Shown: piece after piece, positions 1 through 9,535 of the stretch
Layout of the letters: each line of letters starts with the position of its first letter
Numbering within the stretch: position 1 is the stretch's first letter
NCBI RefSeq assembly: GCF_000019345.1
Contig: NC_010503.1
Span: 630,001 to 662,000, forward strand
Length of the DNA: 32,000 nt
DNA from: Ureaplasma parvum serovar 3 str. ATCC 27815
Lineage (GTDB): Bacteria; Bacillota_I; Bacilli_A; Mycoplasmatales; Mycoplasmoidaceae
Direction: 5' to 3'
Position numbers and translations under genes: made by a program
The notes under the pieces: model-generated
The model's input: only the letters and a program-made list of their open reading frames with translations
Database searches by the model: none
What the model was told of the DNA's origin: nothing

Positions 1-659
1 TGCAATGCAGCTTCATAAAAAGCCTTATTTTTATGATTGGGAGCAGTAAAATAAGGATTTCCTGCTTGACCCATTCCTACAATCAAAGCTAGAGTATTAT
101 TTTTAGTAATGTTATTTAAAAGATTAATTTGTGAATCAAAGGTTTTATTTTTATCATTTGAAATAATAAACTCATCAACATAAACAATTGCTCCATCGCT
201 TGTTTTTAATACAAATCCATATGAATGAGGCATTGAGTTTGAAACTTTAAAAGATGTAACATAAATTGATCCAATTTTCTTATCTGAAATTGGATCTAGC
301 TCAATAATATTAGGTTCAATTTTTTTATTGTTTACTTTTTGTTCAAAAATTTTTTTAATAACAATTGCTCCTATTGGGCTTGTGTAAATTGGGATTTTAT
401 AACCTACTTGTCCTAGTAATAATTTAATTCCCATAACATTATTAAATGTTGGTGTACCAATAAAAATTCCCTTAACGCGTTTTGCGTTTTTTTCTAAATA
501 AGAATAATCACAAACAATCATATTTACGCCAAAAACATCACTTGTTGGAATTTTCGCACCAGCATTAAAAATAAAAATATCATCGTTCACTTCAAGAACA
601 AAGCAAGATTTTCCTCTTTCATCTTGTCCTCCTAACGATAAAAAATTAATTTTAGCCAT
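1..659 (-). CDS. RNase J-like (metallo-beta-lactamase/beta-CASP family) protein, N-terminal ~219 aa; the 3' end runs off the window; catalytic metal-binding motif degenerate
   Basis: ATG at 659-657 with AAAGGAG just upstream (rc of 661-670). Hand translation gives MAKINFLSLGGQDERGKSCFVLEVNDDIFIFNAGAKIP...YSYLEKNAKRVKGIFIGTPTFNNVMGIKLLL...SMPHSYGFVLKTSDGAIVYVDEF. This is colinear with the RNase J N-terminus as I recall it (ALGGLGEIGKN / IDAGIKFP / KGLFITHGHEDHIGG / HSIPDSYGIVVKT). Confidence 0.7.
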   Translation of the reverse strand, partial: MAKINFLSLGGQDERGKSCFVLEVNDDIFIFNAGAKIPTSDVFGVNMIVCDYSYLEKNAKRVKGIFIGTPTFNNVMGIKLLLGQVGYKIPIYTSPIGAIVIKKIFEQKVNNKKIEPNIIELDPISDKKIGSIYVTSFKVSNSMPHSYGFVLKTSDGAIVYVDEFIISNDKNKTFDSQINLLNNITKNNTLALIVGMGQAGNPYFTAPNHKNKAFYEAAL

Positions 660-798
660 AAAGCTCCTTTATATATAAAAATGTAAAATAATATGTGTTT
701 TAATCCTTAAATTATACTCTATTATATCTTATCGATATAAATATAAATTTTTTAAAAGAACATTATTTTCAACTAATTATTTAAAAGAGGTGATTATA

Positions 799-2775
799 AT
801 GAAAATTGTTCAACAAACTTCTGATAATGAATGTGGTGTGTGTGTTATTAACATGTTAGCAAATTATTATCATAATAAAACAATTGATAAAAACATCATT
901 CTTCAAAAAGCAAATTTAACAAAAAATGGTTTGAGTTTGCAAGAACTTGAAAACTTAGCAAATGAATTTAATTTAGATGCACAATCATTTGAATGTAGTT
1001 TTGAGGAGTTAATTGATGAAAAAATCAATGACTATTTTATAGCTTTAATTAACAAAAACGGTTTGAATCATTTTGTTATTGTTAAAAATTATAACAAAAA
1101 TTTTTTTCGTATTTATGATCCAGAAAATAAAATATATGAATTAAATAATGAAGAATTTAAAAAAATATTTTTAAATATAATTGTGCGTGTTTCTAAAAAT
1201 CATCAAATTTTTGACCTTCCCATATTTAAAGAATCTTATTTAAAAAATATTAAACTCTCATCGTTAATTATCATATTATTTATAGAGTTATTAAATATTC
1301 CTTTAAATATTTTTTTAAGTAAAATTGTAAACTTACTAATAGATTTAGTTTTAATTGACACACAAATTAAAAACTTAACATACTTATTTATTGTTTTTAG
1401 TTTATTTTATATTAGTAATGCTTTCAAAGATTTACTAATTACTATATACATAAATAAAATTAGTAATAATATTTTTTCTAATATTAATAATAAAATAGTT
1501 AATAATTTAGCTAATAAATCAATTATTTTTTTTAATAAAACAAATTTAGGTGAATTAAGCTCGATTCAGATTCATTTGAATAATATAATTCATTTTCTAT
1601 TAGTTAGTCGTATAAAATTATTAGTTAATACTTTATTTGCAATTTGTATTATTTGTTTATTAGGTTTACAAAATTGATCTTTATTATTAATAAGTTTAGG
1701 GTTTAGTTTGTTAAATTTTATAATAGGATTGATTAATTGAAAATATTTTAAAATCCACAGTTTAAAAATAATTAATATTGAAAACTCATTATTTATTAAA
1801 TATCAAAATTTTATTAAATTAATTAATCTCGAATACAATATCGATAAATATAATAACTATATTAATAGTTATAAAAAGCAATTTGATGAATTAATAATTT
1901 TTAAAAATAAAATTACTATTTTTAAATCGAATGTAAATTTTTATTTATCAATTATTAATAATATTGGTTTATTGATTTTATTAACTTATCTAATCATTAA
2001 TACCAATTATGATTATAAAGTTATTAGCGTAATCACTTATATAGTTTTTTTACATCAAAATCTAAATAATTTGTTTTTTGGTATCTTTAATTTTTTTAAT
2101 GAATTATTAAATTTTAAAAATGGAAAACAAATTGTTGAAAAAATTTTGTATATTGATAATTATGAAGAACATGATGGTATACAAATTAATAAAATTACAT
2201 CATGTAAAATTACCGAAAACCAAAAGGAATTTGAATTTAGCAAATCTTGTTTAATCATAGGAAAAAGTGGTGTTGGAAAAACAACATTATTAAAAAATTT
2301 TTTAAACTTTAATAATAAAAATTTATTTTTTAATAACTTAAATGTAAATAATATAAATTTAAATCAACTTAAAGAATTAATTATCTATCATCCAACAAAT
2401 CCTTTAATAAATGATTTTGATATAAATTGGTTTATAGATAAAAATGAAGAAATTATTAATGCTTTAAAAATAGTTATTTTTATAACAAAGATCGATTGAT
2501 CATTAAATAATAATTTTGAACATAATATTAACTTATCAACTGGTCAACAACAAATCCTTGCTTTTTTAAATCTTTTAAAATACAAAAATAAATTATTACT
2601 ACTTGATGAACCACTAGCACATGTTGATAATGATAATAAAAAAATAATTTTAAACTCAATATTGCCTATAATTCTAAAAAATAATTTTGTCATTTATGTT
2701 TCACATGATCATTATTTAAAAAAATATTTTGATCAAATAATTAATTTAAATGATGAAAAAATGGATAAGTATTAG
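799..2775 (+). CDS. Peptidase-C39-domain ABC exporter (PCAT-type: N-terminal Cys protease, transmembrane domain, ATPase), 658 aa, with 3 in-frame TGA-Trp codons
   Basis: AGAGG at 786-790 precedes ATG 799. C39 motifs: QQTSDNECGVCVINMLANYY (Cys), GLNHFVIVKNY (His), YDPENK (Asp). Hydrophobic core at aa ~150-430. Walker A GKSGVGKTT, signature LSTGQQQ, Walker B LLLLDEP, H-loop VSHD. ORF pieces 790-1677 and 1972-2499 plus the tail share frame 1; translated continuously to TAG 2773-2775. Confidence 0.85.
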
Positions 2776-3115
2776 TCTTTTGGGTTTTTTATTATCTTTA
2801 TTAATAGCAATTGGTGTAATGTTTGGATTTAAAAATAAAAAATATTTTAAAACGACATTAAACATTCAAACAAAATTATCTATAATCACTAAAAACAATT
2901 ATGAAAAAATTAAAACCAAAAAACAACTAGAAATTAAAATTAAAAATTTAACTTATTATGTTAAATTTAAATTTTTAAAACAAACTCATGATTATTGCCT
3001 AATAAAAATCTTTCTTAGTTTAAAAACAGATCAAAAAATGATTGATATTAGTATATACACTAATACTCAACCATTAATTGAATCTATAATTAATAATTTC
3101 AAATTATACAATTAA
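2750..3115 (+). CDS. Small N-terminally membrane-anchored protein (121 aa), unknown function; start overlaps the ABC exporter by 26 nt
   Basis: ATG 2750 lies inside the last codons of the exporter, which suggests translational coupling. One predicted TM helix (WISISLLGFLLSLLIAIGVMFGF) followed by a Lys/Asn-rich soluble part. No recognisable motif. Confidence 0.55.
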   Translation: MMKKWISISLLGFLLSLLIAIGVMFGFKNKKYFKTTLNIQTKLSIITKNNYEKIKTKKQLEIKIKNLTYYVKFKFLKQTHDYCLIKIFLSLKTDQKMIDISIYTNTQPLIESIINNFKLYN

Positions 3116-4240
3116 TTGAATAAAAAATTTTTGAATGTTAGGAAATAAATTTTCATCTTGTAAACTGCCTGTAATAAGAAGTGTAAAAATGAACATGATT
3201 GATATTACAAATGAATGTGAATCTATACGATCTAATAATCCACCATGGCCAGGAATTAAATTACTATAATCTTTGGTATGATAATTACGTTTAATCGCAC
3301 TAAATACTAAGTCCCCACTAGTGCTTATTAAACTCAAAAACAAAAAAGCAACTATTGTGCAAATTCATCATAATGCTTGTTTATGCAATGTAAGATTTTT
3401 TTCATTTGAACTAGAAAAATCTAAACCAAAAATATTATATAAAACATTTTGTGATTTTAACACTATGCCGTTTTTAGGTTTAATTGGCACATATGACAAA
3501 CCAAAAATTATTAACATAATAACAATTGTTGCAATTACTAAACCAAAAATTAATCCTTCAACTGTTTTGTTAGGACTTATTTTTGGTGCTAATTTTGTTT
3601 TACCAAATAAAACACCACCAACATATGCAAATGTATCACTTAAAAAAACAATCATCATTAGCAATAATGAAGTAATTCAACTTCTAATAAAAGTAAAATA
3701 AAGTAATCCTATAAAAAAACCACTTAAAAAACTAAAAATTAAAATTGTGTATAAACAATTTTTGAAATTAATTTTTTTTAGAAATGCTAAAAAGAAAAAT
3801 AAAATAACTAATGTAACAAAATACGAGCATCCTAAACATGCGCCAAATAGTTTGATGACGTAATGGTAATTTATAGTTAAAAGGTATTTAATATTTAAAA
3901 ACTCATATTGATATATAAAATAAGAAATCGTTGTAGTATAAATGCAAATATTAAAAACAATTGTTAAGATGATTAATGTTATCTTATTATTATCAAAAAT
4001 GACTTTATTCATTTCATACGAACCAATACATATTAATGGTAATAATCATATTAATAAAACAATTGCAATCCCTTGTTGAATATATAAATTATTAATTAAA
4101 GGTGTTCAATTATAATTACGATCTGCTAATAATGCTAAAACAAAATAAATTAATAAGTATAAAAAAATAAAAATCGATGAATAAAACCGTTTAAAAAAAG
4201 TGTTTTTTGTTTTTTCATTGATTTTATTGACACTAATCAT
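3104..4240 (-). CDS. cdsA: Phosphatidate cytidylyltransferase (CDP-diglyceride synthase), 378 aa
   Basis: Track pieces 3104-3343, 3368-3664 and 3677-4012 share one frame and extend by hand translation to ATG 4240 (MISVNKINEKTKNTFF...). C-terminal CdsA signature SAIKRNYHTKDYSNLIPGHGGLLDRIDS. Multi-TM throughout. Confidence 0.9.
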
Positions 4241-4250
4241 TTTTAATTAA

Positions 4251-4802
4251 TTAAACAGTCATTATGTCTTTTTCTTTATGACTTACAACTGTTTCGATTT
4301 CCTTATTTAATTCTTTTGTTAAATTATCTAATTCTGTTTGAAAAAACTTTTTATCGTCTTCAATAGTTGTTGAATCTTTTTTGAATAAATCTTGTGCTTC
4401 TTGACGGATATGACGTACACGAATTTTAGCTTCTTCGCCAACCTGTTTTGCTTTTTTAACTAAATTTTTTCTTACTTCTTCTGTTGGAGCAGCGAACGTT
4501 AAACGAATAATATCAACATCTACTTGAGGATTAACACCTAAATTTGATGCGTTAATTGCAGTAGCAATATCTTTAATACTACTTCTATCATAAGGTTTAA
4601 TTGCTAAAACACGTGGTTCTGGAACTGAAATATTTGCTAATTGATTAATTGGCATCATTGAACCATAATAATTAACTAAAATACCATCTAAAATAGCAGG
4701 CGTAGCTCTTCCTGTTCGCAATTTAATAAATTCATTGTGCATTCATTTTAACACTAATTCAAATTCTTCTCTGATTTTAGTTTCATAAATTTTAAAATTC
4801 AT
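4251..4802 (-). CDS. frr: Ribosome recycling factor, 183 aa
   Basis: ATG 4802 with AAGGAGAT upstream (rc of 4807-4814). MNFKIYETKIREEFELVLKW + MHNEFIKLRTGRATPAILDGILVNYYG..., typical of Frr. One TGA-Trp. Confidence 0.95.
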
Positions 4803-4819
4803 AAAATCTCCTTAAAAAA

Positions 4820-5527
4820 TTATTTTGAAACAATTGTGTATTTATTTTTTTTCTCTAAAACATCAACAATTGCATTTGGTTTATCAATATTAAAAACTAA
4901 TAAATTTATATTATTTTCTTGACACAAAGCTAAAGCTGTTGCATCCATAACTTTTAAATTTTGAGTAAGGGCCATATTAAATGTAATATGTTCATAAAAT
5001 TGTGCATTAGGATTAATTTTTGGATCACTATCATAGACACCATCAACACCATTTTTGCCCATTAAAATTATACTAGATTCTGTTTCAGCAGCTCTAATTG
5101 CTGCACACGAATCAGTTGTAAAATATGGAAATCCTGTTCCAGCCACAAAAATCATTACTTGTTCTTTTTCAATAGCTTTTTTTATATTATTAGCAGATGA
5201 TTCATGAACTAATTTATCACATTTAATTGCAGATAAAACAATAGTGTTAACATTCAAATGATTTAAAGCATTTTCTAAAGCTAACCCATTTATAATAGTT
5301 GCCATCATACCCATATTATCAGCTAAATTACGATCCATATCTAGCTCTTTGGCAATGCTACCTCGTCAAATATTGCCACCACCTAAAACAATTGATACAA
5401 TATATTTCTTAGAAATTTTTTCAATTTGTTCTGCTAAATCATTAATCTTTATAAAATCAATTATTGAACTATCATTTTGTTTTAAGCAAGCTCCAGAAAT
5501 TTTAATTACAATTCGTTGTTTTCGCAT
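4820..5527 (-). CDS. pyrH: UMP kinase, 235 aa
   Basis: ATG 5527. MRKQRIVIKISGACL...VLGGGNIWRG...MDRNLADNMGMMATIINGLAL...FVAGTGFPYFTTDSCAAIRAAE, the PyrH pattern. One TGA-Trp. Confidence 0.95.
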
Positions 5528-5564
5528 ATGAATTTCCTTTCATATTCCTTATTGACTACACTAT

Positions 5565-5599
5565 AAAAATAGAAAGAAACTTTGTTTCCTTCTATTTTT
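5565..5599 (-). terminator. Rho-independent terminator after tsf
   Basis: On the minus strand: ATAGAAGGAAAC-AAAG-GTTTCTTTCTAT (12 bp, one G.U pair) followed by a T-run. It sits between the tsf stop (5611) and the pyrH start (5527). Confidence 0.6.
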
Positions 5600-5610
5600 A
5601 CATTTAAAAA

Positions 5611-6486
5611 TTATTTTTTCATTTGTGCTGCTACTTCATCAGCAAAACTCATTTGAGGAGCTTTTTCAATTCCTTCGCCTACTTCATATGAGAAATAACC
5701 TACTGCAACAGCGTTATTATTCTTTAAATATTTTTCAATTGTTAATTCTGGTTGTTTAAAATATGATTGATCTACTAAACAATTTTCTTTTAAAATTTTA
5801 TTTAAACGCCCGTCAATAATTTTTGCAGCAAAAGCTGCTGGTTTACCTTCATGTTCTAATTGATTAACAATAATTTCACGTTCTTTCGCTAATCATAACT
5901 TATCAACAACTTTTTCATTTAAATAACGTGGACGCATTGCTGCAGCATGCATTGCTACATTTCGAACAACTTCATCTTCAACTTTTCCATCAACTAAAAT
6001 AATAGCAGCAACTCTGTTGTTATTGTGAGTATAAACACCTAAAGTTTGGTCATCATTAGCTTTTAAAATTTCTCCACGTCTAAAAACGATTTTTTCACCA
6101 ATATATGCTGTTAAATCTAATCCTGATTCAGCAATTGGTTTTCCATTTATAATTAATTTATCAAAATCTTCTTTATTTTCAACCTTAGCTAATGCTTCTT
6201 CTAAAATTTGATTAGCATAAGCTAAAAAATTTTCATTCTTAGCAACAAAGTCAGTTTGACAATTAACCTCAATAAGAATTGCTTTATTATTTATTTTTTT
6301 GGCCAATACAACACCATCTGTCGCTGCATTTTTTAGTTTATTAGCAGCCTTAATAGCACCATTTTCTCGTAATCATACTATTGCTTTTTCAATATCATTT
6401 TCTGACGCATCTAAAGCTTTAATACATTCACTCATACTAGCTTGTGTTCTTATTCTTAATTCTTTAACTAATTCAGCTTTTGTCAT
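5611..6486 (-). CDS. tsf: Elongation factor Ts, 291 aa
   Basis: ATG 6486. [43 protein letters not shown]...[10 protein letters not shown]..., ending ...AAQMKK then TAA 5611-5613. Two TGA-Trp. Confidence 0.95.
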
Positions 6487-6592
6487 TTATATTCACCTTT
6501 ATTAAATACATGTTTTTAGCATATCTTATATATTATATATAATTTATTATTGTTTTCATAATATATATTGATTAAATGAATAAAAATACATT

Positions 6593-6622
6593 AAAAAAAA
6601 CACTTTCAAAAGTGTTTTTTTT
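6593..6622 (-). terminator. Terminator closing the tRNA operon (symmetric A-run / stem / T-run, possibly bidirectional)
   Basis: aaaaaaaaCACTTtcaaAAGTGtttttttt, 12 nt beyond the 3' end of tRNA-Leu. Confidence 0.6.
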
Positions 6623-6633
6623 AGATAATTTAA

Positions 6634-6717
6634 TGGTGCGCTTGAAGAGACTTGAACTCTTACACCGCAAAGTACTAGATCCTAAGTCTAGCGCGTCTGC
6701 CATTCCGCCACAAGCGC
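6634..6717 (-). tRNA. trnL: tRNA-Leu (anticodon UAG), class II with long variable arm, CCA encoded
   Basis: rc reads GCGCTTG..CTAGA-CTTAGGA-TCTAG..CAAGCGC-A-CCA. Acceptor and anticodon stems pair. 84 nt. Confidence 0.9.
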
Positions 6718-6721
6718 TTAA

Positions 6722-6797
6722 TGGTGCTCTGTGAGGGTTTCGAACCCGCGACCCACTGATTAAGAGTCAGTTGCTCTACCTACTGAGCTAACAGAGC
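6722..6797 (-). tRNA. trnK: tRNA-Lys (anticodon CUU), CCA encoded
   Basis: rc reads GCTCTGT TA GCTC..GAGC A ACTGA-CTCTTAA-TCAGT .. TTCGAAA .. ACAGAGC A CCA. One C.U mismatch in the T stem. Confidence 0.85.
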
Positions 6798-6868
6798 ATA
6801 AACCCCTACCTACCCAAAGTAGATAGGGGTTTAGCTAAATCCCACTAATAAGCAGGTTGAGTATATAA

Positions 6869-6944
<76 letters not shown>

Positions 6945-6945
6945 A

Positions 6946-7021
6946 TGGTGGAGTGCAAGGGACTCGAACCCCTGACCCTTTGCTTGTAAGGCAAATGCTC
7001 TCCCAACTGAGCTAGCACTCC
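6946..7021 (-). tRNA. trnV: tRNA-Val (anticodon UAC), CCA encoded
   Basis: rc reads GGAGTGC TA GCTC..GAGC A TTTGC-CTTACAA-GCAAA .. AGGGG TTCGAGT CCCTT GCACTCC A CCA. Confidence 0.9.
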
Positions 7022-7067
7022 ACAAATAATACTTAAATTTTTAAGTATTACTTCGTGTTTTTATAAA

Positions 7068-7144
7068 TGGTGACCTGTACGGGATTCAAACCCGTGAATG
7101 CACGCGTGAAAGGCGTGTGTGTTCAGTCACTTCACCAACAGGCC
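7068..7144 (-). tRNA. trnE: tRNA-Glu (anticodon UUC), CCA encoded
   Basis: rc reads GGCCTGT .. CACGC-CTTTCAC-GCGTG .. GGGTTTGAATCCC .. ACAGGTC A CCA. Confidence 0.85.
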
Positions 7145-7145
7145 A

Positions 7146-7220
7146 TGGCGGCTACAGTAGGGATCGAACCTACGACCAACCGGTTAACAGCCGGTTGCTC
7201 TACCGCTGAGCTATGTAGCC
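7146..7220 (-). tRNA. trnN: tRNA-Asn (anticodon GUU), CCA encoded
   Basis: rc reads GGCTACA TA GCTC AGCGGTA GAGC A ACCGG-CTGTTAA-CCGGT .. GTAGG TTCGATC CCTAC TGTAGCC G CCA. Confidence 0.9.
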
Positions 7221-7250
7221 ATTTAATAATAATTTTAAAAACACTATAAA

Positions 7251-7279
7251 ATTATAGTTATTTTTTTAAAAAATGTCAA
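7251..7279 (-). promoter_or_regulatory. Consensus sigma-70-type promoter of the tRNA operon
   Basis: Minus strand reads TTGACA (7279-7274), a 17-nt spacer, then TATAAT (7256-7251). The -10 ends 30 nt upstream of the tRNA-Asn 5' end. Confidence 0.8.
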
Positions 7280-7413
7280 TCTTTTTTTAAAATTTTTAAT
7301 TTTTAATTTTTAGATACATAAAAATCCTTCCTATATATTATATATGTTATAAATTTTATAATCTCAAAGACTATAAAAAATATTTTTAATAAGCGTAAAT
7401 AGGAGATGAAATT

Positions 7414-8469
7414 ATGAATAAAATAAAAAATGCTAAATCTTCGTTTCTATATTTTAAAAAAATGCATAATTTAAAATCTTTTAACAAAAAAAGAAATAGA
7501 TTAAAAGGCATACAAATCATATTTATTGTTTTTCTAATAATCTTTTGTTCATTATTTTTCTTAATTGATTTATTTTTTACAGGTAATCATTTGAACGTCA
7601 TTAAAAGAATGTTTGAAAATAGTTCTCTTTCAAATTCAACTTATATTTTTGTTCCTGTTGCTAATATAATTACAGGATTTAGTTTAGGAATTGGTTCAAT
7701 TTCTATCCAAATTACTTCTAAAAATATTTTAGCTGGACCGTCAACACTTGGTTTTACACCAATGGCAATATTAGCATCAACCATTTCATTTATTATTACT
7801 TCAAGTGGTATTTTTTCAACAATTTTAATTTACTGTTTAGGTTTAATTTTTTCATTTATTATAATAGGTGTTAATTTTATATTAGTGAGAAATAATTTTT
7901 TAGAAAATAGTTTTAAACCTATTTTAGTTGCTTTTGGGATTGGAGCATTAGTGACGGGAATTAATATTGTTTTAATTGCAACACATGACAATTTAAAAAT
8001 TGTGGGATGATGGCGTTTTATTACTATCAACAATACATTAATAAACAATTATCGTATGATTGTTTCAAGTGTTCTAATGATTATTTCTACTATTATTTTA
8101 TTATTTTTATCTCCTTATTTAAATATTATTAGAAAAGATTATATACTTGCTAAATCATTGGGGATTAAAGTCAATCTAATTTATTGGTTAGTGGCTATTT
8201 GTGTGGTAACTATTACTATATCATCATCTATATTATTGGGAATAATTGCTTTATTAGGAGTAATTGTTGGAATTATTATTCAAACAATTTTTAAAAAAAC
8301 ACACGTTTTATTACTAATGATACTAGCAGGACTTTTTGGTAGTGGAATCTTATCATTTTCAAGTTACATTAATGAATATATTCCTAGTGCCCGTGAAATG
8401 ATTATTTGTGTTTTTGCTATACCAGTATTTGCTTACATTCTAAGTAAGAGAAAAGGATTTATTAAATAA
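7414..8469 (+). CDS. FecCD-family (iron-siderophore/cobalamin-type) ABC transporter permease, 351 aa
   Basis: AGGAG at 7401-7405 precedes ATG 7414. Pieces 7414-8010 and 8056-8469 are in frame (two TGA-Trp: GWWRF). Motifs align with BtuC/FecCD as recalled: SKNILAGPSTLGFTPMA (cf. ENPLAEPGLLGVSNGA) and RKDYILAKSLGIKVN (cf. LALGEISARQLGLPL). The C-terminus IPVFAYILSKRK matches the family ending. Confidence 0.8.
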
Positions 8470-8470
8470 A

Positions 8471-9496
8471 ATGATTAATTTAAACACTTGAAATAAAACT
8501 CATTCTTTTAAAAACCCTTTAAAATATCAAAATAAAATCGCATATTTAAAAACAATGATAACAGTAATTATAAGTATTGTTGTATTTATTATTACATTAG
8601 CTTGAACTTATGATTTTAATTTTAAACAAGACAATATTGCCTTGGCTTATATAATTATGCAAATTTTTTTATCAGGTTTTATTTTAGGATTTTGTGCATA
8701 TTTAATTCAAAAATTAACAAAAAACCGCTTCAGTGATACATCAATTATGGGAATTAGTAGTGTTAATATTTTAGGAGTAATTATTATTGCATTTCAGGTT
8801 GATTTTAATAATTTTAGTGCTGATAAATTATCAACATTAGAGCATACTGAACCAATAATATTTTTTATAGCACCAATTATTTTATGTATGCTCTATTATT
8901 TTACATGCAAAGAACAAAGTAGTTTTAATTATAAAAAAATGCTGATTTCAGGAGTTATTGTTAATTTTTTAAGCGTTGCATTAGGAGCAAGTATTGCTAA
9001 AAATTTACCTAAATTAGCTAATGCTTACGTTTCAAGATACACATATGGTAGTATTGAACCACAACAAGAGTCTTTTTTTATCGCTTTAGTTTTAATTATC
9101 ATAGGGTTATTAATAGTTTTATTTAATTTTAAAAAAATTCAAATAGTTTCATCTAATCAAGACTTAGCTAATCAATTAGGAATCAACGTCAAATTAACTT
9201 CTGGACTTCTTTTAGTTGCAATTTGTTTAATGGTAGGAGCATCATATAGTTTGAATGGAAATTTGATATTTATAGGATTAATGGCTGGAAACATGGGTTC
9301 TGTTATTAGTAACAACCGATTTAAATCCGCTGCTATTAGTTCAGGATGTTGTGGGTCATTAATATATATGTTGTCTTTTTTATTATTTATTAAAATTTTA
9401 AATTTTGATAGTCAATGACTAAATTTAGCCATTCCCTTAATTATTTCTCCTTACTTTATTTATATTATTGTTAAAAAAAATAAATCAGATTTATAG
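8471..9496 (+). CDS. Second FecCD-family ABC transporter permease, 341 aa
   Basis: ATG 8471 lies 1 nt after the previous stop. KNRFSDTSIMGISSVN and SSNQDLANQLGINVK are the same two family motifs. Four TGA-Trp. Ends at TAG 9494-9496. Confidence 0.75.
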
Positions 9497-9535
9497 TAAA
9501 ATATACAAAATATAAAAACAATTAAAGGACGATAT

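Noticed and set aside
2750-3115. The 121-aa protein downstream of the C39-ABC exporter as its bacteriocin-like precursor
   Set aside because: It has no double-glycine-type leader, and its N-terminus is a hydrophobic membrane anchor (WISISLLGFLLSLLIAIGVMFGF). It is reported only as an unknown partner.
7067-7249. A 60-aa plus-strand ORF across the tRNA-Glu and tRNA-Asn genes
   Set aside because: The region is fully explained by two well-folding tRNA genes on the minus strand.
7281-7312. A short tandem TTTTTAA-type repeat (aaaatttttaatttttaatttttag) in the tRNA / permease divergent spacer
   Set aside because: It has three imperfect low-complexity copies in an A/T-rich promoter region. There is no evidence of function or of variable repeat number.
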